From Catajapyx aquilonaris (Eukaryota), in the NCBI GenBank assembly GCA_000934665.2, contig JYFJ02002148.1, positions 1 through 62,567 of the forward strand: DNA of 62,567 nucleotides. Direction: 5' to 3'. The notes beneath the pieces are model-generated. The model was not told the DNA's origin. It did not search any database and saw only the letters and a program-made list of their open reading frames with translations. The position numbers and the translations under genes are program-made. Within the stretch, counting starts at the first letter, position 1. Each line of letters opens with the position of its first letter. Positions 48,490-62,481 of the stretch are shown here, in pieces.

Positions 48490-50022
48490 AAATAGCAATT
48501 CCCAAAAGCAGTTGGTGCAAAATAGCAGTTCTTAAAAGTAGGCTACGGTATAATAATCCCTGAAAGCAGTTATTGCAAAACATCCGCTCTTAGTAGCAGT
48601 TATTTCAAGAGAGTACCTCTTGTAAGAAATAATTATTTTATCATTACAAATTTCAATATCAGCAATGTAAAAAAACGGCTCATGAAAGTAGTTATTGTGG
48701 AATAGCAATTATCAAAAGAAGTTGGCACAAAATAACAGTTCTTAAAGTAGTAGTTCCTGAAAGTAGTTATTTCAAAAAAGAAGCTCTTGGAAGACACTAT
48801 TTTTAATTGCAATTTTCAAAAGAGGTTAATGTAAATATCAGCTCATGACAGTAGTTATTTCAAAATAGCAATTCTCAAAATCAGTTATTGAAATGTACCA
48901 GTTCTTGAAACAGTAAAGTTAGTGTATATAGCAGCCATGAGAAGCAGTAATTGAAAGTAGGAGTTATTACACTCTACTCTACTGGAACATAATTCGCTTA
49001 GAGGCAGCAATATTTCCAAATTCAATGGTCATAGACTGTCATTAGTCTGCTAATACCATAGAGAAACTACACAATTCGTTCACCTACCAATATACATATT
49101 ATTTCGTATTTATTTAACCGCCCTCGTATTATTTCGTAAGTGAAAGTTTCAACCTCCCAAAAAAATACTCTCAGAACTCTACCTAAAAATTATGCATTAT
49201 GCAAAAAAAATACAAAAAAAACTTGGACTGAAAAATTAGCATATTTGGCATCTAGTTAACCTAGCAACGTTTGAGGTGTGTAGCAGCTTCGCCTAGTTTC
49301 CGGTCTGGTGGGCGTAAAAGGGCGTGACGGAATCCGTCCTTTAAACTATTTAACCCAATTTCCCCAGGGACTATTGTTTTTGCCAAGTTAAAGGAACTAG
49401 CGGGAGAGGAACATTTCGCGAAAACGTATCTCCCTTTCTATTGGTCTCGGAAAGAAATGATACGCTATTTCCTACCGAGACGATCCAATTAGCTGGGAAA
49501 AGGAGAAGCCAAGCAAAGGTTGTGGAGCAGGGGTAAGATGGTGAGTGGGGTGGTGGTGGGTGGGGGGGGGGTTATTTTAGTAGGTGCAGCTTTACCCCCC
49601 CTTCTCTTACCTCCACTTTGCCATACTTCACCTGCAAACCCCTCTAGCTCCAGGCGCCTATTGCCGAAACAGTACCGCCCCTAATGAAGAAGAAAGAACA
49701 CCACATAGAAGGCTATATACTCAAATGAGCCACTGTACAGGGTGTTCATTAGGGTACTTGGGGAAGAGAAAATTTCGTCAGAAAATTTGATCAAAATAGC
49801 AGTTGATGGACGTAGTTATTACCAAATCGCAGTTAACAAAAGCAGTGTGTAACACTTCCTAAAAGCAGCTAGTAAAATGGCAGTTAATAAAAGCAATAAG
49901 TGAAATTAACAGCTAATAAAGCAGTTAGTGAAAATATATGTTATAAGAACAGCATATATAAAATAGCAGTTAAGAAAAGCAGTTATTGCACTTCCTAAAA
50001 GCAGGCAGTGAAAATAGCAGTT

Positions 50023-50023
<1 letters not shown>

Positions 50024-50083
<60 letters not shown>

Positions 50084-50098
50084 GTCGTCGTCGTCGTC
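50024..50098. repeat. (ATC)n(GTC)n compound microsatellite
   Basis: About 20 ATC units followed by 5 GTC units. Confidence 0.97.
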
Positions 50099-50421
50099 AT
50101 CAGCCTTCACGGCGTTTCCCCAAAAGACTGGAATTGCCAGCGGATAACGACGGCGAGGAGGAGCAGTGTAATAAAAGCAGTTATTGCAGGTAACACCTTT
50201 TAAAAGCAGGTGCTGTAAATAGCAGTAAGTAAAAGCAGTTATTGGAGAGTAACACTTCCTAAAAGCAGGTAGTGAAAATAGCAGTTAATCATCATCATCC
50301 TTCACGGCTTTTTCCCAAAATACTGGGGTTGCCAGCGGATAACGAGGAGGAGGAGGAGCAGTTAATAAAAGCAGTTATTGCGTAGTAACACTTCCTAAAA
50401 TCAGGCGGTGTAAATAGCAGA

Positions 50422-50672
50422 AATTTATTATAAGGTGCTGGAAGGCTATATCTTCTATGGGACAAGGCGAGAGATGTTGTGGACTGTGGGAGGTAACAGG
50501 ATCCCGAGAAAACCCACACGAACGCACTGACTTATATACCAGCCCCAAATAAGGCCCCAATAAGGACACAAAATTTAAAGTGTAAATATTAGTTAAAGAT
50601 AGGTTTACTTCACGGCCGCGCGTCCGGTAGTTCAAACCTTCCTCCACAGGACGTTCTATCCATCGCGGCCCT
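50422..50672 (-). mobile_element. Degenerate SINE with a V-domain-like core
   Basis: The minus strand reads a decayed tRNA-like head (GGCCGCGATGGATAG..GGTTTGAACTACC), then CGTGTGGGTTTTCTCGGGATCCTGTTACCTCCCACAGTCCACAACAT, similar to the V-SINE central domain (from recall). Confidence 0.55.
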
Positions 50673-51825
50673 GCCAGGCACGGCCTGTCTGATTGCACGA
50701 TAATTTTAGTTGCGAGAGTAGTGACATGAGCGCTTCTGTCTGATTAATTGACAAAGACACAATCAATTTTTTTGGTGTGCCAAAATAAATTTATGGAATG
50801 GAAAATTGGCAAATTGCAGGCCAACGAATGTGATTATGGCTTTGTCAATTAACCAGGCGATTGGCAGAGCCACAATAATGTTCGCTGGCCTGTCAAAATA
50901 AAATTTATGGAAAGCAAAATTGTCTATATTTTATACACGAATTTTACAGCGATACCAATACGATATTGAACAGGGTTGCCATCTCGATATTCAGAGACCA
51001 CTTCATACAGCTTGAGCTCTTCATCCTTTAAGCACCTTGGGCCTAAACTGCACCAATGATGTGCTATACGGTTAACATACCGCTCACCTCCTCTTTCTCT
51101 CTGATCCTTTACCTAATTTAGCGGCAATAAGGGTCTCTCCTTGCAAAGATGCGGTTCCAAAGGAAGTGCAGCGCTTCGGTCCTAGGGAATAAAGACGTTG
51201 TAGGGGTTATAGGGTGGGTGCCGCCTTGCTTGGTGGAATGATTGCCCCGGGCTTCCTTTGGGTTGCGGAGAAGGAACCACGGACAGAAAAGACGGAGGGG
51301 CTTTCTGTCTGTCGGGCCACGATTTTGGAATTGCCTCACACCCACCCCCCTGTGCTGCTTGGCTCCACCTTCCACAAAAGGTAAGAGGGAAAGACCCTCG
51401 AGGGCACCCACAACTAACACTATATCTACTGAGGAAATGCCATCGGGACACCACAAGGTTCGAGCCGAGCTAACCAACTTGTGACATTTGCATCTTAAAC
51501 CAGGGCTTCCCCACCCTCCCCCCAGCTAGCTATATAGCTTTTAAGAAGGTGATGGAGATGGTGGGAGGATGGAGCTCATCAAAACCTTGAAAGTGAAACA
51601 ACCGGAGATGATCGTGGTCTTGGAGGTGACTAATTTCGCGACACCTTGTGGTATGGGTCTGGTTTGTCAAAGTCCCCAGATTTTCATAGGTACACAGACG
51701 TGGGCTCACTTATGAAACACCCGGTATTATAAAATAATAGTGATATATTGTAAATGGTAACACTAATAATAACAACTCAGTAGAATAATTAGTAAGAGTA
51801 GTAACATAAAATAATATGTCTAATA

Positions 51826-52005
51826 TAGATAATACTGTAGATGATAGCTAATAGATAATATCTGTAGATGGTAGCTAATAGATAATATCTGTAGATGGTA
51901 GCTAATAGATAATATCTGTAGATGATAGCTAATAGATAATATCTGTAGATGATAGCTAATAGATAATACTGTAGGTGATAGCTAATAGATAATATCTGTA
52001 GATAA
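51826..52005. repeat. 27-bp minisatellite
   Basis: tagataatatctgtagatg(a/g)tagctaa, about 6 units. Confidence 0.95.
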
Positions 52006-53713
52006 TAGAAAACTGCAGAGCTAATAATAGATAATATAGACAATAATATTAGACAATAGTAGATAATAATTATATAATAGAGTTAATAACAGAGATATTT
52101 TCTCTAATAGATAAATACGTAGTTAATATAACAAACAAGTATACAAATAATATAAATAACATGTAACAGACAATACAAATGATATGTAACAGGTGATATA
52201 ACTGTTACTGTAGATGTAGATAATAGATAAGATGTAGCTAATAGTATAAAATAATGTTATGGCTAATAGCTAATATAGTTGAAGTAGATAAAAATGACAA
52301 ATCAATAATATAGAGTCAAAAGGGGAAAATGCGTAGCATAATGCACAACATTAATAAAATACGTAACAGCATATTACTGTTCAGTATGAAAATATGACAA
52401 AATATTATTCTCGACGAGTAGGTATTTTTGGTGATATTAAGTTCCTACTCGCTTATTGGAAGTTGCCCTCGGTTGCCCTCTGAATCTCTGATAGTGTCTG
52501 GCAACAGCTGGGTGTTTTCTCCTCCAGTTATCCGTTACACCCACATATTATGACTCTTCAAAGTCAGCTTAAGATTTTTTTAAAAAAAGTAGGACAAGCA
52601 CCGAGCAGTTAATGACATAATTGCGAACTTCATTGACAACTATTTGGCGCGTACAATGCCCAACAATGCAGAGAGCTTCCACCCATACAAGAGTTACACA
52701 TCAATTGGAGGCCCATAACGATTCTGATTTATATCTGGCTAATAGATGGCACGACCATATCTGGCTGACAGGCCCGACAATTCTATCACTGTGGCGAAAG
52801 GCATGAAAAAGCCATTTGTTAAACCAAAAACGCTAGGCCAGTTCGGGCCACGCACCAATGCAGTTCACTAACTGTTTGAGTTGATTCGCTCTCAAATGTA
52901 TGGACTATATAAAAGCCCATTTAATTTCTTGATGGCTTTTTACGCAATCGGCCATTTTGGAAAGAGCGACGAAAAAAAAGTCGCTCCCTTAATGGCTCTA
53001 GCACTATTCATAAACCATTTTGTTACTATGGACTAAACTGCGGTTAGGTTTTATAGGCTTCAAATTTAGAATACTAGTTGGTAAAGCCGCCTACATAGTA
53101 CATAGATGGTGCACACAATATACTGCCACTCTTAGGGTCGTGGAAGTGTACTACATCCATCTAGCTGATGACTCACCCTGGACAAACGACAATATGAACC
53201 ACCCTGTAGATATAGACCCCACCATAGTATTTATGGAGGGGCTGGAGAAAGAAGGCAAAAGAGACAGGTGGTACAGGCCGCATGCAGTGAAAAGCACCGC
53301 CGATGCTTTTCTGGGGCCTACTTATTGCTCTTCCTTCCTCCCACCCACCCTCTACCAACAGGAATTATTCATGGCTACAAGGGCTTGCTTTTAAATTGAT
53401 CGCATACTCTGTTGCAAGCATCGGCAAAGGGGGAAAAAGGCTCTGCCCAAAATCTTGTCTGGGTTTTTTTCTCTTCTTCCTTCCTTCCTCCCTTTTTCAA
53501 GGAATATGTGAGAGGGGAAGGAAGGACGTGAGGCAGGCACTGGGTAAATAATAAATAATAAATATATCAAGTAAAGAAATACATAAAAATAGCTGTATAA
53601 TATTAATAATATTTATATTGTGTCATGTAATAGTTATATCATAACTATTGCATATCATAACTATTAACTATCATCTTGTTTCTTGTATATAGCCTACACC
53701 AGATTCTAGAATG

Positions 53714-54225
53714 GATAATAGTTCTAATATCGATAATTGTTCTAGTATCGATAATAGTTCTAGGATCGATAATAGTTCTAGTGTCGATAATAGTTCTAGT
53801 GTCGATAATAGTTCTAGTATCGATAACAGTGGCAGTATCGATAATGTAACTAGTATCGATAACAGTGGCAGTATCGATAATAGTTCTAGTATCGATAACA
53901 GTGGCAGTATCGATAATGTAACTAGTATCGATAACAGTGGCAGTATCGATAATGTATCTAGTATCGATAACAGTGGCAGTATCGATAATGTAACTAGTAT
54001 CGATAACAGTGGCAGTATCGATAATGTAACTAGTATAGATAACAGTGGCAGTATCGATAATGTAACTAGTATCGATAACAGTGGCAGTATCGATAATGTA
54101 ACTAGTATCGATAACAGTGGCAGTATCGATAATGTAACTAGTATCGATAACAGTGGCAGTATCGATAATGTAACTAGTATCGATCATGTAACTAGTATCG
54201 ATAATGTAACTAGTATCGATAGTGT
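53714..54225. repeat. 18-bp minisatellite with 36-bp higher-order dimer
   Basis: agtatcgataacagtggc alternates with agtatcgataatgtaact, and each unit has the ATCGAT palindrome. This explains ORFs 53645-54409 and 53711-54442. Confidence 0.97.
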
Positions 54226-55386
54226 AACTATTATCTATACTATAATTATTATCGATAATAACAGTTCGATAATAATCGATGATAACCTCTACCCTCTGCC
54301 GCCCATGGCAACCTGTTACCATAGTAACGGGGTTACTATAACAACTGAGTTGCCATGGCAACGGGATTACCAGAGCAATGTGATTATTCGATTTCAGTGC
54401 GTAGAACAAGTCAACATCGCTACTACAAACTATACCCTATAAACTATAAATATTCTAATGATTATAAATAATATTATAATATTATTCCAAATGAAGAAAG
54501 AAAGAAATAAAATCTGAGACTTGTCCCATTATATTCTGTACACTCACTTCCATGATTGTTAGAACACTGCACTGGTTGAATCAGACTGTTCACTGTTCAA
54601 ACACCTCTCTAAACACTCGATTCGCAGCGCTCCTACCGTCGTGAGTCTGAGTCATTCAACCATCCTCTCCACCCCACTCCCTCCCCCCCACTTGGGGGGG
54701 GGGGGGGGGGGAGAATATCGGGCATTGTTTTCCCTCCTGCGACACTATAAATCAAGATTAAGTTCCTGGGAATGGAGTGACTCGCGTACACGTGGAATTA
54801 GAGACCCAAGCAGGAAGGCTTGGAAATTCTGCTCCAGGACAGGGACAAATACTACTACTAGGAGAGGTGGAGGGGGGGGGGAGGAGGAGGAAGGGAGGAA
54901 GGACTGCATTTTGCCCTTCCTCTCCCCACCCACCCACCCACCCACCCACTCCCACCCCTTCCAGCAATGCCCGAGAGCGAGGAACAATTTCCTGAAGATG
55001 AAAAGGATAAGCGTTAACTCCTGCTGGCATTCCCGAGGCCGACAACTCTGTCAAGTTCGCAACAAAAGATGGGGACAAATGATAAGTGGCCACGTTGAAG
55101 CCACCTCCCACCTCCCTACCGCCCACGACCAACATTTTTACACTCTAGAGTTCACACAATATATATGGCCAAAGGTTGGCCATGCAAAATGTGTCGCCTC
55201 ATCTTCCTGACAACCATAGGTTCTTGTTTTAGTTAAAAAATAGTCGGCTATGGGCGCAAAATAGCAGCTATTTCTATAAAGTCACTGCTACTTTGGTAAA
55301 GTAACGGCTATTTTGAGACGTAGAGTAGGGTAGCAGCTACTCTCGACAATTAATGGCTTGTTTTGATAAGTAACTGTTACTTAGAC

Positions 55387-55870
55387 GCACCTGGCGCCTC
55401 ACCCTGTCGTGGTAGTGGGGCTTCGTTTTCTCATGACCCCGAAGAGCTATGCCGGCGGTAGTTTCGTCTACTGGCAGGACAGGTCTTTCTACTCTTCTCG
55501 TCTGTCACCACTTTGCGTTTTATAATAGCCAGATTGCCACAGTCAAGGGGTTAACCAATCGACTGTAAAGTGTACACTGGAGAACCAAATTCAAGGAGTA
55601 CCAAAGGAGTACCTGGGAGTACCACTGCAGGTGTACACCGGAGTACTGGTTAATCCCTTGGCTCCAGTTGTTTAGGCTTCGTCTTAATCAAACTTCAAGA
55701 CGCAAGGAGTAGCAGCTACTTTGGAAGGACTTTCATATCGGGAGACCAAATGTGGCAGAGGTAAGGGCACGCTACACCAGCCTACCCCATGACCTTACTC
55801 TCTTTCCCGGCGGATACCGTCTTTTTTCAGCGGATACAAGCCTAGGAAAGCAGGTATAAGTGCGGCGCCT
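55387..55870 (+). mobile_element. Short element with an RTE-clade LINE 5'-UTR-like head
   Basis: CACCCTGTCGTGGTAGTGGGGCTT..CATGACCCCGAAGAGCTATGCC resembles the RTE/BovB/Expander 5' UTR motif (from recall). Boundaries are uncertain. Confidence 0.45.
55544..55660. mobile_element. MITE family M1 copy
   Basis: CAAGGGGTTAACCA..TGGTTAATCCCTTG, with degenerate TSD GCCACAGT/GCTCCAGT. Confidence 0.82.
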
Positions 55871-56669
55871 CCCGACTTTCGACATAAACCTGCTACAATA
55901 TTTTTGATAAGAAGCAGTAACGACTACTTCAAGACACAGTAGCAGTTATTTTCTATAAGTAGAAGCTACTTGTTGAGACACCCTGTAAGACATCTGAAGA
56001 AGAAATCTCAAGAAGTTTTCCTCCATCTTCTCTTTTTATAAACCAGCTTCGTTCACAGCTTTGTCGGATTTTGAGATGCAGCTCGGCTTTAGCACTTTAT
56101 ATCCTCCAGTCAGATGAGGCATAATGAGAGGGATAAAAAAAAAGTTGGAGGAACGGGGAGGAGGGGAGGAAGGGGGGGGGGGAGAGAAAGAGAGAAAAGG
56201 AGGGGGGAAACTCCCAGGAGCAAGAGGCTTATGTAGACGAATAGCTTGATTCCCTCATGGTTTCATTTTCAAAAGGATTTTGGCGACTGATTTGTGGTGC
56301 TCAGCTCAAGTTGTAAATGTTCAAGTAGCTTACGGGGGCAACATGGCTTTCATATTTTGTGCCCTTTAAGAATGGAAGACGTAATAATAAAATCGCTTCC
56401 TATATAAAGGGAGCTGTAGCCTGCAGTGAATAAGCTGAATGAGAATGTTCTGACAAAGGACTTGAGACAAAGCCGACTATAAATGGCTGGCCAGACAGGG
56501 GTTATTAGCCAACAACGTAAAACCGGAAGGTGGTGTCCGGTTGTGTCATGTCAAGCGGCTTGTTCTTCCTAATATTAACCTGGTTATTACCACTGGAACT
56601 AATTTTACATGTTAATCACCTGTTGAAGTGTCAAACGCGGCAAAATACATTATAAGCAAGATGTCCTCT

Positions 56670-57520
56670 GGAGCAGGCTAGGCCTAGCACACCACATTGA
56701 GCTAGATCTATCACATCAGTAGGCCACACTGAGCTAAGCCTAGTCCAGCTTTGAAAAACGAGGCCCAACTCAAAGCCCAATGAACCTGGAAATTTAGTTC
56801 ATAAGAAAGATAGGAGCAGGCTAGGCCTAGTGCATCATGACTATGAGTAGGGCAGTAGGTCACATTGAGCTAGGCCTAGCACATCATCAGTAGGCCACAC
56901 AGAGCATAGGGTAACTGAGAGAGTAGGCCTAGCTCTAAGCCTAATGAACCTAGAAATTTGCTTCCTAAGAAGCGCTAAGAAGCTAAGAGCAGACTAGGCT
57001 TAGCACATGATGTGTAGGCCACCTTCACTAGGCCTAGAACACAGTAGGATACAATGGGCTAGTATTGGTATTTATTGGACTGGCCATGCCCGTCAAGGCC
57101 CAACAGCCCACTCACTCCAACACCAACAACAAAGGACAAAGGATACAAGGGGCTAGGGCTAGTGAAACTTTGAGACAGTAGGCCTAGTTCTAAGTCTAAC
57201 GAACCTGGAAATTTACTCCGCAGGCTAGGCCTAGCGTATCATGTGTAGGCACCATGGAGCTGCCTAGTGCAGATTTGAGAGAGCTAGGCCCATCTCTAGC
57301 CTAAAGAACCTGGAAATTTACTCCGTAAGAAGTTTAAGAGGAGGCTAGGACTAGTGAATCAGGCGTAGGCCATATTGAGCTAGGCCTAGCACAGCTTGGA
57401 GTGACTAGGTCTAGCTCTAAGCCCAACAGACTTAGAAATTTATTCCATAAGGTTATGAGCAGGCTAGGCCTAGCATGTCTTGAAGACTAGGCCTGGAGCT
57501 AGGCCTAATGAGCCTGGAGG
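56670..57520. repeat. Degenerate satellite rich in CTAGGCCTAG palindromes
   Basis: Recurrent gagcaggctaggcctag and gaacct(g/a)gaaattt modules at roughly 110-260 bp spacing. Confidence 0.8.
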
Positions 57521-58664
57521 CCCATCTTCCCAGTGTTGCTTTAGTTGCGTCCAATATTCCCAAGCCTATCGGGACATAGCCTGAAAGCTGCTCGTTACTG
57601 ATGAGGAGCAAGTATCTTCAGAGTCGGGCCATGACCCCCCTCCAGCCCCAGAAGCGTGCAAATTCCTTGTAAAAACAAGGAAGACATGGTTGGTAGTAAC
57701 AGCAGTCAATTTCCTGGCCCGTGTTTTCAGAGGCGTTAGAGACTTGGAAGGTAGGGAAAGGAATGCGAATTAGCGGCTGCGGGGCCAGGCAAATCCGATC
57801 TGCCTTGGCCCGCCATCAACATACTCAGATCTCCATTCACGGATCCCCAGCCTCCAACCCCCAGCCTCTCTCTCTCTCACTCACTTGGAAATGCGGGCCC
57901 GTTCAAACCTCATCCCCAGAGTGGTTTACTGCGGAAAATCCGACTCATCTAACTCATTCCCCCGCTTATCTGCATGTCAATACGCGGCCTCATTCCGACC
58001 ATTCCTCTACATTAAGGAGGGGATTATGTCGCCGAATTTGTCACGTGCTCAAGGGTACCCAGAGAGGGATCAAGAGTTTTGGATGGAGGGGGAAAAAAAT
58101 TGTGCGACAGGTTTGGTCACCACATGTCGGAATAACTGACACTTATAAGTGACATCAGCCTAAAGTTGTTCCTTATATAGGCAGGTAGACGATTTTCACT
58201 GACAGTTTATTGGCATTGCAATTCGAAAATAGCAGTGACATTACTCTCAATTTCAGCTATTATTGCTATTTCTAAAGTAGCAGTTAATAATGGCATTGCG
58301 ATTTGAAAAGAGCAGTGAATTTTAGATAGGGTTAATAGAGCATCAGTGGTTGACAGTTTGATCCAATAATAAATATTGGGTGGAATCTTCGTCCCACTGC
58401 TAGTTACTGCTAACCTAGCAGTACCATTGCCAACATTGGTACTGCTAAGTAAGCAGTAAGTAGCAGTGGGACGAAAATTCCACCTAAAGTTGCTAATATT
58501 ACGATTCTAAAATAGCAGTGATTGCCATTTCGATTCAAAATAGCAGTTATGAGTGAAAATTCTATTCTAAAATAGCAGTAATTAGTGACACTGTGACTCG
58601 AAAATGCAGTATTTTTAAATATAGTTACTTTCACTAGTTTTCTATATAAGTAACTGAAAATATT

Positions 58665-58997
58665 AGGGGAGACGGAGTGGCGCCGCGGTAGCGTGCGCGC
58701 TCACGGAAGTTAAGGTCCCTGGTTCAATCCCCACCCGGGGTTCCCACCTTCTTTCGTGCAGAGTTGGGCCATCTCTGGCTTCGTCTCGGGTGGGAATTTC
58801 CGCTAGACTAACCCACCCGGGGGAGTTCACAAAATGACCAAGCAACGACATTGCACTTGTACTTTGCACATCCCCTCCTAATTACCCTTGGAGCAATTAA
58901 ATACATATAATTATGTATATCGCTCCAAACCCCAAATGGTGGTAACCCACCCCCCTAGAAATGGCCTATCGGCCAGATAACGGGGTACAACAAAAAA
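58665..58997 (+). mobile_element. tRNA-derived SINE with TSD
   Basis: A box TGGCGCCGCGG, B box GGTTCAATCCC and an ACAACAAAAAA tail. 14-bp TSD TAACT(G/A)AAAATATT (58651-58664, 58998-59011). Confidence 0.8.
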
Positions 58998-60299
58998 TAA
59001 CTAAAAATATTGGGCTGAGTTGACCGACTGAACACTGCGAATATTTGGTCCCAAGCTGCTTATTTCAACCAGTTACTTTTAGCTGCTATCTAAATTATTA
59101 ACTGCAACAATAAGTCTGAGTAGACTAACTGATGTCGCTTTTGGCATCATACTGCTTATTTTAAGTAGCTTTCAAAATTATGTACTGAAAATATTGGGCT
59201 GAGTCGGCCAACTCCTGTGAATATATAGCTTCAAGGCTGCTTATTTTAGCCAGTTATTTTAAGTGATTATCCCAATATTATTAGTCTGCAAATATTAGGA
59301 TGAGTCTAGCTTCAGTTTGTCCGTCCAATTCTCTGTACACAGAAGAGCAATTACACGGCAACTCGTACTTTGTAGAGAGGTTGGTGGGGGCAGTAGCGTC
59401 GTACGTGTGTATGTGAGAGGGGAGTCAGAATGCAAAAAAAAAGTCGAGATCGATTCAAACCCCACCCACACATGTCCCCCTCCTCTCTCGAATTACCACT
59501 GACCCCCATGCCACCCACCCACCCTACCAACCCGATGCACAGCCAACGGCAGTTACGTCTGATACCACACACCAATGCTCGCATCTGCCCATTCCAGTAT
59601 AAATTTATTTCCAAGGCCTGTACTCAACGTTCGGCCGCTGCTTTTGATGTGTTTTTCAGCCTGATAACTGAAGATCTGGAGCGTAAATAATGAGAAACTG
59701 CACACATGGGAGCTTTATTGAAAGTGCTAATGAAAATTCATAAAATCATGCGGAATGGGGTAACTTCAACCCCCCCGACTATACCCATACCGTCCACCCC
59801 CCTCTATTTTTTTGGAAAATAGAGAGAGGGAGAGGGAGAGGAAGGTACCTCTGGCTAACTGTGTTTCGGCCCTCTCATGGGGTAATTGAAATTCCTTTTG
59901 AAGCACTGCCCGGAACTAAAGGGTCATCATCTACATCCAGCCATGGGCAAGGGTGCCCCCAACGATGTTCAAACGCACCCCGAGACTTTTCTCTCAAGAG
60001 CTTGGCGACATTAGGACATTCCTAGAAAACCGGTTTTATAACACTATATAGCCAGTACCGTTCAGAAGCCTTGAAATTGCTTTGAAATTATTGCTAGTCA
60101 CAGTTCAAGATAATTATATTTTAATGTATCTACGTATATGAAACAAATTTATTTCATGTATTTCATTTCATGTAATTCACGGACGGACATTGCCATTCCA
60201 AAAGACTTTTTAAATTAGAAAAAGCCTAAACAAGATTGGCAAATCACGTGAGCGTGATTAGAGTAGACCTTTTCGCATTCCTTCAGGTATGAAACCAGA

Positions 60300-60451
60300 T
60301 ATGAAATTTCATATAACCAATTTGAAAACCGCTTGTCGCTATTTCTTGCGGTTTATAGCCCAGATACCTGTCCACCAACCGACCAACGGATGGACAGACA
60401 GACAAGGCATTTCCATGAGACTTTTTCCGAATTCCGATGATGAGAAAGTCT
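60300..60451 (-). mobile_element. DINE-1/HINE-like fragment related to 34570-34910
   Basis: The reverse complement reads AGACTTTCTCATC..GAAAAAGT..TGCCTTGTCTGTCTGTCCATCCG..GTATCTGGGCTATAAAC. Confidence 0.5.
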
Positions 60452-62060
60452 GAACGCAGTTTATTTTTTTGTGAATTTTTTTAAATTTAACATTCCTAGC
60501 AGTTATTACGTGCTAAAGCACATGAGGCAGACTTTCACAGAACTACTCGATTGAGACAGTTCGACAGTCTCGGTTACTTTTGTGAGTTTCATTTTTTGAC
60601 AGTCTTCATTTCAGCAATCCCACCCTCGGCCTCTATACACATGATTTACTGACAGGTGTTGCTGCATAATATGACATTATAATTATTTCACATTATTCAA
60701 ATGTAAATGAAAACTGTCACCAAGTGGAACTTATAAAAATGACCGAGAAAGTATACTCTGCCTACTCTGCTTGAGTAAAAAAATGGCTGCATCCTTTCCA
60801 CATTATACGTATTCGCAGCTAATATTTTTGATAACCTCTAGAAGTAACTGAAGTTAAAGTTAAAGAAGGATAAGGAATTTAAGGGTGAATATAATTATTC
60901 AACCCAATATTATTAAGGGAAATCATCCTGGCCTATATGCAACAGCACCCTTGTATCACATGAGGCATACCCTGCAGGCGCAAAGGAGGTACGCAGTACA
61001 GTACAGTAATTTATTTCATGTAAAATGTATGTAATTTATTTTGTGAAATGTATGTAATTTATTTTGTGAAATGTATGTAATTTATTTTATACAATTTATG
61101 TAATGTAGTGTAATTTATTTTATGCAATTTATGTAATTTTCCTGTAATGCATATTGTTATTTTAGGTAATAATATGTAGCTCTGTTGTAAATTTTTGTAA
61201 TTTATTTTATGTAACTATGTTGTAAACTTACGTAATTTTTACGTAGCGTAATTATTCATATATAACACATTTTATAGTTTAAAGGTTTAAACCATCTCTT
61301 ACGTCTACATAATTATTTTGTACGATATTTCATAATTATATTCTTAATTAGTGTTGAACAATTTTTCATTGTTTTGTGTACTGTTTCGTACGATATTATT
61401 CTTATTTATTTAACAACGTAATTCTAATAAAATAATTGGAAAAGAATCTTTACTATTGAAAGATGGCCCCTGTGTGAATGACCCTTTACTAGCGGCGCCA
61501 TCTTCACTCCATCATCACATGATCCTCCTAAAATTCTCATCTCCCAATATCTTGATCCTAATGGCCTCACGTTTTCAGTATCCTTTCCCCTCCCTCCTTC
61601 CCTCCACATCCAACCCACCTTCTCAAAAACTGAGCGACAGATGTTCCTACTTGATGTCTTTTCCCCCTCCTTCCCCTCTTTCTCCCTCTTCTCCCCATAC
61701 CCTCCTCCTCTTCTTAAGAAGTCGGCCCACATCTTTGGCAGACGCGGAGAAAACGGAACACTGATTAGTCTCCCAAGGCCTGAGAAGTGGCAAGAAAAGT
61801 GCACACGATCTGCCTGTTGAGTAGCTTCAAAATCCAGGGGTCCTCCCCACCCACTCCCACCCCGGATGAAGATGGCAAAAAGGACTGGTTTCACACAAAA
61901 AAAACCCGCTCTTTCCCTAACCTCCTCAGGTTCTTCTTTGATTTCTTTCCATTAAAAAGGGGGGGTACATTTCGAGTCAACTTCATTTGATCGTACGTAA
62001 CACAGCAGTTAACTGTTTAGCAGGTAAAATAAAGAGCTATATAACGAGTAACAGGTCAAG

Positions 62061-62481
62061 CAACTGCTACTTCACAGTGAATAGTGAAGTAACTGCTACT
62101 TCACAGTGAATAGTGAAGTAACTGCTACTTCACAGTGAATAGTGAAGTAACTGCTACTTCACAGTGAATAGTGAAGTAACTGCTACTTCACAGTGAATCG
62201 TGAAGTAACTGCTACTCTACAGTGAATAGTGAAGTAACTGCTACTTCACAGTGAATAGTGAAGTAACTGCTACTTCACAGTGAATCGTGAAGTAACTGCT
62301 ACTCTACAGTGAATAGTGAAGTAACTGCTACTCTACAGTGAATAGTGAAGTAACTGCTACTTCACAGTGAATAGTGAAGTAACTGCTACTTCACAGTGAA
62401 TAGTGAAGTAACTGCTACTTCACTATACACTATACATACAAGTAACTGCTACTTCACAGTGAATAGTGAAGTAACTGCTAT
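62061..62481. repeat. 29-bp minisatellite, about 14 units
   Basis: gtaactgctacttcacagtgaatagtgaa. Confidence 0.97.

Noticed and set aside
53645..54442. Long repetitive ORFs on both strands (IDTATV / SIDNSG)
   Set aside because: These are translations of an 18-bp minisatellite whose unit is a multiple of 3 and stop-free.
55387..55480. HDV-like ribozyme at the RTE-like head (ACC-CTGTCGT-GGT hairpin)
   Set aside because: L3 lacks the CC needed for P1.1, and I could not find P1 or P2 pairing partners. A covariance-model search would be needed.
37256..62481. Regular 19-30 bp repeat arrays as possible CRISPR arrays
   Set aside because: They are head-to-tail units with no unique spacers, no cas genes and a eukaryotic context.
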